DNA of 59,049 nt, counting the filler. It is 6 parts of 6 records of this genome, joined end to end, with 100 filler letters (N's around TTAATTAATTAA, not from the genome) between each part and the next. Parts side by side here need not be neighbours in the genome. Positions count along the whole stretch, not along the records: positions 42,078 to 50,494 come from SRR2962707_4648; positions 50,595 to 59,049 come from SRR2962707_4653; 4 more parts are not named here. One strand, 5' to 3'. The position numbers and the translations under genes are program-made. A model generated the notes under the pieces. It ran no database searches and was not told the origin of the DNA. It was given only the letters and a program-made list of their open reading frames with translations. Of this stretch, positions 43,885 to 54,783 are shown one piece after another; position 1 is the first letter of the stretch, and every line of letters starts with the position of its first letter.

Positions 43885-44240
43885 CGGCTGGACACCAAAA
43901 GATGAAGAACCGGGCCCACCGCCTCTCACAAGTATTTAAAACGCGTATCTATATCCGCAATGCACTACGGCCCGGTTTTCTATAGCGTCCGGCGTCCAGC
44001 GTCCTGCCCAAATGTGAAACAATCCTGCTTCCACTGGCTTTCCGCTAAACTCCTCCAGTAGTCTTTCCAGAGTCAGGGTCTGGCGCTACCGTCCAGGCCA
44101 AGCAAGGGGCGAAACCGAAGTAGCATCATCATGATCAGGGATAGAGTTTGCCGCCGCCGGGATGCCATCACGCGCACGCCTTGCCCCAACCACGACCAAA
44201 CCGGTTGCCCGTTGTCTGACCGCCGAGTTGTCATTGTGCT

Positions 44241-46016
44241 ATGAGGACCGAACGCCGCCGCCGGCCCCTTGCGCTCCGCGCCCTGCTCTCCGGACTGCCC
44301 CTGGTGCTGGCTTTTACCGTCAACGCCCCGGCCCGGGCGGCGGACAAAGAGCCAGTGCTGACCATCAAGGGCGACCTGCGTGATGAGGTGCGCGACAACG
44401 TGCGCGTACTGGTGGGTCTGGACGATGCCGCCTGTCAGCCGGGTCCCGGCCAGAAGGCGCTGATTCTGCGCCAGGTTCGCAACCGGTCAGAGGAGGCGAT
44501 GCAGGCACTGGGGTATTACCAGCCGGACATCGTGCCGCAATGGCGGGACGCCACCGGCGACGCCTGTTTCGGCGTTACGCTCACCATCACCCCCGGGCCC
44601 CGCACCAAGGTGGAAACCCTGTCGATCACTTTCAATGGCGAGGCGCAACAGGATCCCGCCTTCCAGAACGCCATCGACAAGGCCAGCCTGTCCCCCGGCG
44701 ATCCGTTGCGCCACGACCGCTACGAAGCATTGAAACGACGGCTGCAACAGTTACTGATCGATCGCGGCTACGCCGAGGGCAGTCTGTCCACCCATCGTCT
44801 GGAAGTGGACCGCGCCCGGCATCGGGCCAGGGTGGTAATGGTGGTGGACAGCGGCCCGCGCTACAGCGTGGGCGAGATCATCATCAACGAGGTTCCTCTG
44901 GACCCGCGCCTGGTCAACGCCTATCTGCGTTTCGCCAGTGGCGAGCCGTTCAATAACGAGCGCTTGCTGGCGACCCAACAGGCTTATATGGGCACCAGTT
45001 ATTTCAGCGCCGCGCGGTTGGAACGCAGCAAGGTCAACGCCGACAGCAAAACCATCGATGTCGGTATCAATCTGACCATGCGCAACCGCTGGGCGCTGCT
45101 CACCGGGGTCGGGGTCAGCACCGATACCGGGCCGCGGCTGCGGCTGGGGATCGAGAATCGGCGCATCAACAGCGCCGGTCATCGTGCCCGGGCGGAAACC
45201 GAGCTGTCCGACTTGCGTCAGGGGGTCGGCGCCAACTACCAGATTCCCCTGCGCGATCCCAATACCGAACGGCTGGATCTGCACACCCGCTACCTGAACG
45301 AAATCACCGACACCCGCGAAAGTGAGACGATCAGTACCGGGGTCGACTACATTCGCGAGTTGCCGTCGAAGTGGGTGGTCACCACTTCGCTGGAATATCT
45401 GCAAGAGAACTTTGACGTGGCCGACCAGGCCGATCACATCGAACTGATCATGCCCGGTATCCAGATCAGCCGCGTTCACTCCGATGATCCGATCTACCCG
45501 CGCTGGGGTTGGCGGCTGGGAGTCAAGGTGCGCGGCGCCCATGAGTCGCTGGCGTCGTCATCCAGCTTCGTGCAGGCGGACAGCTGGGCCAAGCTGGTCG
45601 TGCCGCTGGGCAAGGGCCGTCTGCTGACCCGCGCCGAGGTCGGTTACACCGAAATCGATAACGTCCGCAACCTGCCTGCCTCGTTGCGTTTTTTCGCCGG
45701 CGGTGACTCCAGCGTGCGCGGCTTCGCCTACGAATCCCTGGGGCCCACCAATGATGATGACGAGGTCATCGGCGGTCGCCACCTGCTGGTGACCAGTGTC
45801 GAATACGATCGCCCGATCAGCCGGCAGTGGAGCCTGGCGGTGTTCTCCGACGCCGGCAACGCCTTCAATGACTTCAACGACTATGACGTGGAACGCAGCG
45901 CCGGCTTCGGCGTGCGCTGGCGCTCGCCGCTGGGACCAATCCGTCTGGATCTGGCCCGCGGCCTCAGCGGCGGCGACACCTGGCGGCTGCACCTGAGTAT
46001 GGGGCCGGACCTGTGA
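44241..46016 (+). CDS. tamA: TamA outer-membrane assembly factor (Omp85)
   Basis: ALGYY POTRA motif, RFFAGGDSSVRGF, RWRSPLGPIRLD, LHLSMGPDL. Confidence 0.93.
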   Translation: MRTERRRRPLALRALLSGLPLVLAFTVNAPARAADKEPVLTIKGDLRDEVRDNVRVLVGLDDAACQPGPGQKALILRQVRNRSEEAMQALGYYQPDIVPQWRDATGDACFGVTLTITPGPRTKVETLSITFNGEAQQDPAFQNAIDKASLSPGDPLRHDRYEALKRRLQQLLIDRGYAEGSLSTHRLEVDRARHRARVVMVVDSGPRYSVGEIIINEVPLDPRLVNAYLRFASGEPFNNERLLATQQAYMGTSYFSAARLERSKVNADSKTIDVGINLTMRNRWALLTGVGVSTDTGPRLRLGIENRRINSAGHRARAETELSDLRQGVGANYQIPLRDPNTERLDLHTRYLNEITDTRESETISTGVDYIRELPSKWVVTTSLEYLQENFDVADQADHIELIMPGIQISRVHSDDPIYPRWGWRLGVKVRGAHESLASSSSFVQADSWAKLVVPLGKGRLLTRAEVGYTEIDNVRNLPASLRFFAGGDSSVRGFAYESLGPTNDDDEVIGGRHLLVTSVEYDRPISRQWSLAVFSDAGNAFNDFNDYDVERSAGFGVRWRSPLGPIRLDLARGLSGGDTWRLHLSMGPDL

Positions 46017-49000
46017 AGCGCTGGCGCGGCTTGAAAATCGCTCTTCTGGTTGTAATCCTGCTGCCGCTGCTGTTGATAGTCGGCGTCTACGGGCTGCTCG
46101 CCTCCCGGGCCGGCAATCTTTGGGTACTGGAGCGGGTCAAACCGGTATTGCCCGGCGAACTCACCATTGAGGACTGGCAAGGCAATTTGCTCAGTGGCGC
46201 GCAAGTGGCGCATTTGCAATACCGCCAGGATGAGCTGGTGGTGGACCTTCACCAGCTGCGCCTGTCGCTGGCGCCGCTGGAAGCCTTGCGTGGCTGGCTG
46301 TATCTGGGCGAACTACACGCCGACCGGGTAAGGGTGCATGTGCCGCCATCGCCGCCAGACCAGACACCGGATGACACGCCGTTCACCCCGCCCGAGAGCA
46401 TCGCCCTGCCCCTGGGCGTGCGCATCGATACCTTCTCGTTGAACGAGCTGATTCTGGAAGGCGCCACCGATCTGCAACTGCGGGATCTGGAAGGGCAGCA
46501 ATGGGCCGCCTGGCAACGCCTGAACCTGCCCCGGATCGCGCTCACCGTGGCCGATACCCGTCTGGACGCCAGCCTCTCCGGTAACCTGCACGCGCCCTTT
46601 CCGGCCCAGGGCGATCTGCTCTGGCGCCGCCCCGCCGCGGGAGACGATGGCGCGCCTCGGCTGGGTGGCCGGCTGATTTTCCGTGGCGACCTGGACAAAC
46701 TGAACCTCAGCCACGACCTCAGCGCGCCGCTGACGCTGAGCACTAACGGCAGCCTCGCCTGGCGGGATCACACCCTGAATCTGGATCTGATCCATGAATG
46801 GCCGGCCCAGGCACTGCCGGTGGACACTCCCGTGCCGGTGCAGCTGGGCGCCGGCAAACTGACCACCGTGGGCTCCCCCGATGCCCTCCAAATCCAGGGC
46901 CAAGCCGACCTGGAAGCGGACGGCCACCCGCTCAAGCTGAATCTGGACGCCACCGCCAGCACCCGGTCCATGGCCTTGAAGCAATTGCATCTGGAAGGCG
47001 CCGGCCAACGTCTCAATGCCACCGGCAATCTGTCCTATGAGAAGGGTCTGGCCTGGGACCTCAACGTCAATGGCGACGCCCTCGACCCGGCGCTGGTGGC
47101 GCCGGACTGGCCCGGCAATCTGACCCTGCGCGCCCAGAGCAAAGGACACTGGCGTGATGACGATTGGCGCGTCAGCGTGGACCCTTTGTCCCTCACCGGC
47201 ACCCTGCAAAAGAAACCGGTTTCTCTGACCGGCAAGGCCAGCCAGCCCGCCGGCGGCGATCTGAGCCTGACGCTGAATGGCCGCTGGGGCCAGGACCGGA
47301 TCACCGCCGAAGGCAAGGTGGGGGAACGGCTGGCGCTGGCGGGAACCGCCGCGGTGGCGGATTTGTCAGCGTGGCAAGGTCCGGCCCGCGGCGCCCTTGA
47401 TTTGCGCTGGCGGCTGGCCGGCACCTTGGAAAACCCGCTGCTCAGCGGTGAACTGAGTGGCCAGCAACTGGCCTGGGAAGATTGGCAGTTGCCCCGCCTT
47501 GATGCCCGTTTCAACAACCTGACGCCCGGCAACGGCCAGCAAAGCCTGAACGTGACCCTGGGCCCGGTGAGTCAGGGCGCCGAGCAACGCCTGGAGCAAG
47601 TGACGCTGGCGGTTCAGGGCACCCGCTCGAATCACAGGGTGACGATCGCCGCCCACCAGGATGCCGCCGAGCTGGAACTTGCCCTGCAGGCGGCGCTGAG
47701 CCAGGACTGGCGCTGGCACGGCCGGGTCGAGCAGTGGCGGCTCGGTGAACCGCGTGCTGGCAACTGGGCGCTGGATACGCCGGCGCCGTTCAGCGTCAGC
47801 GCCGCCCGGCAGCAGCTGGAAACACTGTGCCTGCAGCGCCAAAGTGGCGAGGGCCGTCTCTGCCTCGGCGGTGAACATGGCGACGGCGGCCGCTTCAACG
47901 CCGAAGCCCGGCTCGCGCGCTTGCCGCTGACGCTGTTGAATCCCTGGCTCGGCGACCAGCTCAGTCTGGCCGGCGAGATCAACCTGGACAGCCGCTTCTC
48001 AGGCACCCTGGCCGCCGCCAACGGAGAATGGACCCTGAGCGCCGACCACACCCGGCTGACCGTGCGCGATGTCGGACAGGACCATGTCTTCGACCTGGAC
48101 ACCGCCCGTCTCGACGGCACCCTCCAACAAGGCAGTCTGGCCAGCCAACTGGCCCTGGTGGCGGCCGGACACGGCTCCCTGGACGCGGAGCTGAACACTC
48201 GCCTGAGCGCGGCGGCTCCGGTTGACGGCCGGCTGCGTCTGGATATTCCCAAACTTGATGACTTCGCCGCCCTGATCCCGCAAATCGGCGAGCTGAACGG
48301 CGCCGTCCGTGGCGAATTGAACCTCAGTGGCACACAGGACGCGCCACGATTAAGCGGCCAGATCGATCTCACCGGCGGCCGCGCCAGTGTGCCGGAACTG
48401 GGGATCGCCATGGAGGAGATCACCTTTACCGCCGCCGGCGATGCCGCCGGGTTGCGCCTGGACGGGCGCGCCCGGTTCGGCGAAGGCACCCTGACTCTGG
48501 ACGGCGAGTGGCGACCGGAGGTATCGCCGCTGGCGGTCACACTCAACATCGATGGCGAACGCCTGCAGGTGGCCAACCGCCCGGACGCCAAGGTCTGGGT
48601 CAGCCCGGCCCTGCGGCTTCAGGGCAATGGCCAGGATCTCACCCTGGACGGTACCCTGACCGTGCCCGAGGCTCACCTTGAGCCCCGCGAACTACCGGAA
48701 AGCGCTGTGTCGGTGAGTGCGGACCAGGTGATTATCGACGCCGAGACCGAGGACCGTGCGCCGCTGCCCTTCGCCATGTCGGTGGACGTGGTACTGGGCG
48801 ACAAGGTCAGCTTCGAGGGCTTCGGTCTCACCGCCACCCTGGGCGGCGATCTGCGAGTGAGTCAGAAGGTGGATCAACCGGCCCAGCTCAACGGCAACCT
48901 GACCATCAAGGAAGGCCGTTACCGCGCCTACGGCCAGAACCTGGCCATCGACAACGGCCGCCTGATGTTCCAGGGGCCGCCGGAGAACCCGGGCCTGGAT

Positions 49001-49480
49001 ATCCTCGCCATCCGCAAGATTCCCAGTGAAAGCCTGGTGGTGGGGGTGCGTATCAGCGGCACCCTGCAGCAGCCGAAGGCACTGATCTTCTCCGATCCAA
49101 CCCTGGAGGAGAGCGAGGCGATGTCCTACCTGCTCACCGGCCGCGGGCTCAGCAACGCCAATCAAAGCGATGCCGCCATGGTGGCCCAGGCACTGGCGAT
49201 TTACGGCCTGCAGGGTAGCGGCGTGACAAGAAAACTCAGTGAAACCCTGGGGCTGGATGAAGTCACCATCGGCAGCGACTGGGGTGGCGCCGAGGACGCC
49301 GCGCTGATGCTCGGCAAACAAATCTCCGAGCGCCTGTACCTGACCTACGCCGTGGGTATCTTCGACGCCATCTCCACGGTGATGCTGCGTTACACCCTGA
49401 CCCGGCAACTGCACCTGGAAGCCCAGTCCAGCAGCAAGAGCCAGGCCCTCGATCTGATCTGGGAAAAGGAGTTCAGGTAG
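46013..49480 (+). CDS. tamB: TamB translocation/assembly module protein
   Basis: N-terminal TM anchor, beta-rich repeats, GRYRAYGQNL, MSYLLTGR, LGKQIS C-terminal domain; follows tamA. Confidence 0.92.
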   Translation: MKRWRGLKIALLVVILLPLLLIVGVYGLLASRAGNLWVLERVKPVLPGELTIEDWQGNLLSGAQVAHLQYRQDELVVDLHQLRLSLAPLEALRGWLYLGELHADRVRVHVPPSPPDQTPDDTPFTPPESIALPLGVRIDTFSLNELILEGATDLQLRDLEGQQWAAWQRLNLPRIALTVADTRLDASLSGNLHAPFPAQGDLLWRRPAAGDDGAPRLGGRLIFRGDLDKLNLSHDLSAPLTLSTNGSLAWRDHTLNLDLIHEWPAQALPVDTPVPVQLGAGKLTTVGSPDALQIQGQADLEADGHPLKLNLDATASTRSMALKQLHLEGAGQRLNATGNLSYEKGLAWDLNVNGDALDPALVAPDWPGNLTLRAQSKGHWRDDDWRVSVDPLSLTGTLQKKPVSLTGKASQPAGGDLSLTLNGRWGQDRITAEGKVGERLALAGTAAVADLSAWQGPARGALDLRWRLAGTLENPLLSGELSGQQLAWEDWQLPRLDARFNNLTPGNGQQSLNVTLGPVSQGAEQRLEQVTLAVQGTRSNHRVTIAAHQDAAELELALQAALSQDWRWHGRVEQWRLGEPRAGNWALDTPAPFSVSAARQQLETLCLQRQSGEGRLCLGGEHGDGGRFNAEARLARLPLTLLNPWLGDQLSLAGEINLDSRFSGTLAAANGEWTLSADHTRLTVRDVGQDHVFDLDTARLDGTLQQGSLASQLALVAAGHGSLDAELNTRLSAAAPVDGRLRLDIPKLDDFAALIPQIGELNGAVRGELNLSGTQDAPRLSGQIDLTGGRASVPELGIAMEEITFTAAGDAAGLRLDGRARFGEGTLTLDGEWRPEVSPLAVTLNIDGERLQVANRPDAKVWVSPALRLQGNGQDLTLDGTLTVPEAHLEPRELPESAVSVSADQVIIDAETEDRAPLPFAMSVDVVLGDKVSFEGFGLTATLGGDLRVSQKVDQPAQLNGNLTIKEGRYRAYGQNLAIDNGRLMFQGPPENPGLDILAIRKIPSESLVVGVRISGTLQQPKALIFSDPTLEESEAMSYLLTGRGLSNANQSDAAMVAQALAIYGLQGSGVTRKLSETLGLDEVTIGSDWGGAEDAALMLGKQISERLYLTYAVGIFDAISTVMLRYTLTRQLHLEAQSSSKSQALDLIWEKEFR

Positions 49481-49886
49481 TCGCCGGCAGTGCGTAGATG
49501 CCGGTGACATGGGCCACCATGTCATCGCTGTCGACGCTGTAGAGACGCACTTCCAGTACCGCCGAGCGCCGTCCCAGCCGGATGATCTCGGCGTCGGCGA
49601 TCATGTCCACCGGCGCCGGCTTGCTGAGAAAGTTGATATTCAGGTTTTGCGTCACCGCCATTTCCAGCGCCCCGAGCCGACCCAGAATCACCGCGTACAT
49701 GGCGGAATCCGCCAACCCCATCATGGTCGGGCCGGAAATGGTGCCGCCGGGGCGGATCATGGACGGCTTAAACGGATAACGCACCCGGGCCCGGTTCCCT
49801 TCCACCCACTCCACCTGCAAAGCGGTATCGGCCGCCGAAGGCAAGCCGTTGTACATAATGGTCTGTACTTCCTGCGCGCTCAGCAC
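49473..49886 (-). CDS. PaaI-family hotdog thioesterase
   Basis: [31 protein letters not shown]. Confidence 0.9.
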   Translation of the reverse strand: MLSAQEVQTIMYNGLPSAADTALQVEWVEGNRARVRYPFKPSMIRPGGTISGPTMMGLADSAMYAVILGRLGALEMAVTQNLNINFLSKPAPVDMIADAEIIRLGRRSAVLEVRLYSVDSDDMVAHVTGIYALPATT

Positions 49887-50050
49887 TGTTGTTTTCCTTC
49901 TTTCTTCAGTCGACGATTGGCAAATGGTGCCAGAGGCCCGCTTTGACGGGAAGCGTACCGGTGTCAGCGCCGGGCCGACTATGTAGAATAGCCCACTTAA
50001 CGCTTCGGCACCGTCAATCGCCTTTCATTGGATCCGGATTCGTACAAACT

Positions 50051-50494
50051 ATGCGTACTTCCCGCTATTTGCTTGCCACCGTCAAGGAAACCCCCGCCGA
50101 CGCGGTGGTCATCAGTCACCAGTTGATGCTGCGCGCGGGCATGATCCGCAAGCTGGCATCCGGCCTCTATACCTGGCTGCCCAGCGGCCTGCGCGTGCTG
50201 CGCAAGGTGGAGCGGATCGTGCGCGAGGAAATGGAACGGGCCGGCGCCCAGGAAGTACTGATGCCGGTGGTGCAGCCGATCGAGCTGTGGCAGGAATCCG
50301 GCCGTGACAGCGCCTACGGCCCCGAATTGCTGCGCATCACCGACCGCCACGACAACGGCTTCTGTCTGGGTCCCACCCATGAGGAAGTGATCACCGATCT
50401 GGCGCGCAACGAGATCCACAGCTACAAGCAACTGCCGCTCAACTTCTATCAGATCCAGACCAAATTCCGCGACGAGATCCGCCCGCGCTTCGGC
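50051..50494 (+). CDS. proS: Proline-tRNA ligase, 5' part only
   Basis: [46 protein letters not shown]. Confidence 0.97.
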
Positions 50495-50594
50495 NNNNNN
50501 NNNNNNNNNNNNNNNNNNNNNNNNNNNNNNNNNNNNNNTTAATTAATTAANNNNNNNNNNNNNNNNNNNNNNNNNNNNNNNNNNNNNNNNNNNN
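50495..50594. other. Artificial contig-joining spacer
   Basis: N-run + TTAATTAATTAA + N-run. Confidence 0.97.
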
Positions 50595-50627
50595 ATCTGA
50601 TGCTCTATCCTGCTGAGCTACGGGACC
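50595..50627 (-). tRNA. tRNA-Arg 5' fragment, cut just before the anticodon
   Basis: Reverse complement GGTCCCGTAGCTCAGCAGGATAGAGCATCAGAT; GGATAGAGC D-loop typical of tRNA-Arg. Confidence 0.8.
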
Positions 50628-50762
50628 ACGGCACGTCGCTTAGCAAATCGACGCCGTAAAGGAAACATCGTTTGCATGTCCGCGCCATGACGCCCACGTG
50701 CACCGCCCGGCATCGGGCCATAAAAGCTGGACAATTGACCGCCACGCCGGTGGCGATTCATC

Positions 50763-51107
50763 TCACGCCGCCCGGCCCAACGCCCGGCGGCTGCCTTCGA
50801 GATCCCAGACCAGCGTCATCACCGCCAACGGATCGCTCGGAGCGGCAAGCGACAGCATGCGCGCGCCACCGGAACTCAGTCTGCGGAATTTCTCGCGCGC
50901 CCGGTGATCGCCGATAAGATCCTCGGCGGTGCCGGCCCAGCCGATCACCCCATTGTCCTCGAGCGCATAAAGACGGCTCGGCGCCATGGCGACGCCGGCT
51001 TCTCTCTCGCGCTCCATAAGGTAGCGCCGACCGGACCGTCCGGCCCAAAGAACACTCGCCGTCGTCTCGCCGATGCCCGCTTCCACACTGTCTTTAAATC
51101 TGATCAT
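50763..51107 (-). CDS. Small hypothetical protein (114 aa), possibly a degenerate GIY-YIG-like fold
   Basis: GAGGG ribosome-binding site before ATG 51107; WAGRSGRRY...LYAL...WAGTAEDL pattern. Confidence 0.7.
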   Translation of the reverse strand: MIRFKDSVEAGIGETTASVLWAGRSGRRYLMEREREAGVAMAPSRLYALEDNGVIGWAGTAEDLIGDHRAREKFRRLSSGGARMLSLAAPSDPLAVMTLVWDLEGSRRALGRAA

Positions 51108-51200
51108 GGCCACCCTCGAAAACGGCCCCGCGCTGTCCCGCCCGAAAAAGGGCGAAAAATTGATTTGGCGACCGGCAGCAAGATCGAGCCGATCCAATAA

Positions 51201-51215
51201 GAACAAAATTAGAAC
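51201..51215 (-). promoter_or_regulatory. Perfect alphaproteobacterial LexA box
   Basis: GAAC-AAAATTA-GAAC (GTTC-N7-GTTC on the minus strand), about 95 nt upstream of the 51107 start. Confidence 0.8.
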
Positions 51216-51353
51216 AAATTGAAAGAAGCGTCAATCCCATGCACGTCCGAATCGTCCCATCCCTCGCAATCGATGTCAAGATATTGTGTCTCGATTACGG
51301 CGAAACACAATCTATCGCTTTTCGACGATCAAAATCACCAAAGGCGTGACAGG

Positions 51354-52163
51354 TCAGGACGAGGTGCCCGATTGGGCTTCGAGTTCGTTGAGACGGGCCC
51401 GCAGCCGGGGCGAAATCGGCCGGGCGAGGCCCTTTTGCGCGTCCGCGAGCACCATGGCGTTGGTCTCGGTCTCGATGCGTTCGATCAGCGTTTTCAAAAA
51501 TTGCTCGCCCGACAACCCGGGCATGATCGGTTCGAGAAACTTGGCCCGCGCCGTTCCGGGCCACAAAACGAGACTGTTGCGCCCCCAATAAAGCCCCGAG
51601 GTCAGCGCCACGGGCACCACCGGCACGCCCATGGCCAGGTACATCCGCACGATCCCCGAGCGGTAGGCCGGAACATCGAGCGGTGGCCGCCGCGTGCCTT
51701 CGGGAAAGATGATGACCCTGCAGCCCTTGTCCAGCGCCTCGCGCGCTTCGAGCGTCATGGCCGGCAGCGCATCCTTGCCCTTCTTACGGTCCACCGAAAT
51801 CGTATCCATCCACCGCGCCGCCCAGCCAAACAGCGGAATGTCGAGCAGTTCCTTTTTGGCGATGAACGCGGGACGCCCCACATAGGGCAGCACGGCAAAG
51901 ATGTCCCAGTCCGACTGGTGCTTGGCGCCGATTATGCACCCGCCCTCGGGAATATTTTCCGCCCCCGTTACCTCGGTCTTGATGCCCACCAGCCAGCGCA
52001 GGAAAAACAGAACCGCATTGTTCCAGTACTGCGCGAGGCTCCACCCAGCCGATTTCAGGTTCGGCGTCAGCTTGGCCATCAGCCCGATAATGACCGCCAT
52101 GACGATCGTGTGGACGAAAAAGAACAGATAAAACACCGCCGAGCGGATGGCCTGAACGATCAT
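51354..52163 (-). CDS. plsC: 1-acyl-sn-glycerol-3-phosphate (lysophospholipid) acyltransferase
   Basis: KHQSDWD (HxxxxD), AKKEL, IFPEGTR. Confidence 0.9.
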   Translation of the reverse strand: MIVQAIRSAVFYLFFFVHTIVMAVIIGLMAKLTPNLKSAGWSLAQYWNNAVLFFLRWLVGIKTEVTGAENIPEGGCIIGAKHQSDWDIFAVLPYVGRPAFIAKKELLDIPLFGWAARWMDTISVDRKKGKDALPAMTLEAREALDKGCRVIIFPEGTRRPPLDVPAYRSGIVRMYLAMGVPVVPVALTSGLYWGRNSLVLWPGTARAKFLEPIMPGLSGEQFLKTLIERIETETNAMVLADAQKGLARPISPRLRARLNELEAQSGTSS

Positions 52164-52191
52164 GAGCGCCGATATCCTTGATGCAGGAGCG

Positions 52192-53112
52192 TCAGGAGAT
52201 TTGAGAGAGGAAGCGCCTCACCGTCAAGCGTGAGGTGATCGCCGTCAGCCCGGCAATCACCAAAACGACGCCGATAATGCCCAATATCCCGCTGATCCCC
52301 AGCGCGAATTGCCCGAACAAAACCCCGAGCTGCGCGCTCGATTGCTCGGGCACCACGGTGCTCATTGCAGTGCCCGCCACGATGAAAAAGACGATTGCCG
52401 CCAGCCCGCCGACCAGCCCGCCCTTGAGCCCGAGCAACAGGAACCGCCCCTGGAATTCCCCGGCGATGAACTTGTTGGACGCCCCGATGAAGTGAAGCAC
52501 GTCGACGATCTCGCGGTTGGTTGACATCGTCCCGCGCGTCGCAAAGACAATGGCCAGCGCGGTCGCCACAAGGATCAGCGCCAGCACCAGTATCCCCGAA
52601 ACAACGATCGTCCCGGCCATCGTGTTGAGCTGCACCCGCCAGGCGGCGTGGGTTTCCAGCGTCGCCCCGGGAATGGCCGAAATCTCGCTCTCCAGCCGCG
52701 CGATATCTGCGGCATTGGGATCGCCAAGCTGCACGATCACCAGCCGGGGGATGGCCAGATCGGAAAGGTCCAGCCCCTCACCCAGCCAGGGCTGTAGCAA
52801 CTCTTCGCTCTCTTCGATCGTTACCACCCGCGCGCTCGCCACACCCGGCACCGCCTCGGACAGCGACACTGCCAGCCGCAGATTGGAGTCGATAACTTCC
52901 CCATCGAGCGGGCGCACCTGAATGGTCAACTCGCGCCCCACATCGGCCGACCAGCCCATCGCCGATTTCTGCACCAGCAGCACCCCACCGAACGTCACGC
53001 AGGAGAGGAACGTCATGATCCCGATCAGCAGCATCAGCGTGCGCCCGGCCACCGACTGGGCCGGCACGATCGGGTTGGGACGGGAAAAATTGAGCCTGAT
53101 CCCCTCACTCAT
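52192..53112 (-). CDS. ftsX: Cell-division ABC permease FtsX
   Basis: ELTIQV, LLQPWLG, NREIVDVLHFIGA; downstream of ftsE. Confidence 0.9.
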   Translation of the reverse strand: MSEGIRLNFSRPNPIVPAQSVAGRTLMLLIGIMTFLSCVTFGGVLLVQKSAMGWSADVGRELTIQVRPLDGEVIDSNLRLAVSLSEAVPGVASARVVTIEESEELLQPWLGEGLDLSDLAIPRLVIVQLGDPNAADIARLESEISAIPGATLETHAAWRVQLNTMAGTIVVSGILVLALILVATALAIVFATRGTMSTNREIVDVLHFIGASNKFIAGEFQGRFLLLGLKGGLVGGLAAIVFFIVAGTAMSTVVPEQSSAQLGVLFGQFALGISGILGIIGVVLVIAGLTAITSRLTVRRFLSQIS

Positions 53113-53764
53113 GGATGGCGAGCTCCCCATCGTTTAACAGCATGCGCGGATAGCCGAACTTTTCCAGCAGCGCCACCTCGTGGGTGGCCAGGATGATCGT
53201 CGTGCCCATCTTGTTGAGCTGTTCGAACAGATGCAGCAGCCGCTCGGAGAGTTCGGGGTCCACATTGCCCGTCGGCTCGTCGGCCAGCAGGATGTCGGGG
53301 TTGCCGATCACCGCCCGGGCAATCGCCGCGCGCTGTTTTTCCCCGCCCGAAAGCACCGCCGGGTGCGCGTCCATGCGGTCGCCCAGCCCCACCCAGTCGA
53401 GCAGTTCTTCGACGTTGCCGCGATAGCTTGCCTCGGCCTGCCCGCGCACCCGCAACGGCAGCGCGACATTTTCGAATGTGGTCAGATGATCGAGCAGCCG
53501 AAATTCCTGGAACACGATCCCGATATGGCGCCGCATCTGCAACAGCCTGTCGCGGTCGAGCGCCGTAACGTCTTCCCCGAACATCGAGACCGACCCGCGC
53601 GTCGGCTTGAGCGAAAGCAGCAACAGCCGCAGCAGCGAGGTCTTGCCCGACCCCGACGGTCCGGTGAGAAAATGGAACGAGCCCGGCGAGATCGCAAAGG
53701 TCAGGTCTTTGAGGATTTCCGGCCCGTGTCCGTATCGAAGGCCCACATTTTCGAACGCGATCAA
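53105..53764 (-). CDS. ftsE: Cell-division ATP-binding protein FtsE
   Basis: GPSGSGKT, IGIVFQEFRLL, LSGGEKQR, LADEPTGNVD. Confidence 0.95.
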   Translation of the reverse strand: MIAFENVGLRYGHGPEILKDLTFAISPGSFHFLTGPSGSGKTSLLRLLLLSLKPTRGSVSMFGEDVTALDRDRLLQMRRHIGIVFQEFRLLDHLTTFENVALPLRVRGQAEASYRGNVEELLDWVGLGDRMDAHPAVLSGGEKQRAAIARAVIGNPDILLADEPTGNVDPELSERLLHLFEQLNKMGTTIILATHEVALLEKFGYPRMLLNDGELAIHE

Positions 53765-53915
53765 ACCGCTTTTCTCCGCGAATCATCTGGCTGGAGGTTA
53801 TCCTACCAGCCATCACCCCCCAATGGCCGCATCAAGGCGGCGTTTCAAGAGTTTTAACCCCACCCGCATAGGGTTGGGCCAACGTTTTCGCTTAACCGCC
53901 ACCGGTCCCTCGCGT

Positions 53916-54779
53916 GTGATCATCACCTGCCCAAATTGCCAGACACGCTACAAGCTCGGCTCCGATGCGCTCAATGCGGCCGGCCGGCAGGTTCAGTGCG
54001 CCGCGTGTTCCGAACTCTGGTACGCAACCCCGGGCTTTCCCGAGCCCGCCGCCGCGCGGCGCGATCCCGATCCCAGCGACGATGAACTGATCTTCCGGGC
54101 CGATTCCGATACGCTGTTTTCCGCGGCCGACGAGGAGATGCTCGACGCCTCCTTCCTGCGCACACAGCCACCGGCCGCCAAACCCGCCCCCGATCATCCG
54201 CCCGCCGAGCCCGAGCCGGCCCCCGCCCCGCACGATCCGCGCCCGTCCATCGACAGTGCCGGCAACCGCGCCCGCATCGAGGCCCTGGCCCGCCGCCGCA
54301 ACGGCATGCTCGCCGCGCAGCCGATCGCACGCTTCCGCCGCATTTTCCGCATTGCGATCATTGCCCTGCTCATTGCCGGGGTGGCGGCGACCTTCGCGCT
54401 GCGCACCGAGATCGTCTCGGCAGTTCCCCAGCTCGACGGCCTCTATCGTCTTGCCGGTCTCAAGACCAATGTCATCGGACTTGATTTCACCGAAATTAAG
54501 ACTTTGCGAACCACGCAGAATGGAAACCCGGCCATTGTCGTAAACGCTAAGATTTCCAACATAACGAATCGCATAACCTTCGTGCCGTCGGTGCTGGTGA
54601 GCCTGCTCGATTCCGCCGGCACCATTGTTTACGAATGGACGGTAACGCCCGCCACACGGAACGTTCTGCCCGGCGATACATTGGCAATCGACGCGCAACT
54701 GATCGGTCCGCCGCAAGGCGTTACAAATATACGACTGAGCTTTGTCGACGGCCGCAACGGATCGGCGGCGGGGCAATAA
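53916..54779 (+). CDS. MJ0042-type zinc-ribbon / DUF3426-like membrane protein
   Basis: IITCPNCQTRY...VQCAAC, Pro-rich linker, TM helix, Ig-like C-terminus; GTG start. Confidence 0.88.
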   Translation: MIITCPNCQTRYKLGSDALNAAGRQVQCAACSELWYATPGFPEPAAARRDPDPSDDELIFRADSDTLFSAADEEMLDASFLRTQPPAAKPAPDHPPAEPEPAPAPHDPRPSIDSAGNRARIEALARRRNGMLAAQPIARFRRIFRIAIIALLIAGVAATFALRTEIVSAVPQLDGLYRLAGLKTNVIGLDFTEIKTLRTTQNGNPAIVVNAKISNITNRITFVPSVLVSLLDSAGTIVYEWTVTPATRNVLPGDTLAIDAQLIGPPQGVTNIRLSFVDGRNGSAAGQ

Positions 54780-54783
54780 AGAA

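Noticed and set aside
43885-44240. Long spacer before tamA with a broken minus-strand reading frame
   Set aside because: No recognisable homology, start signal or convincing RNA structure
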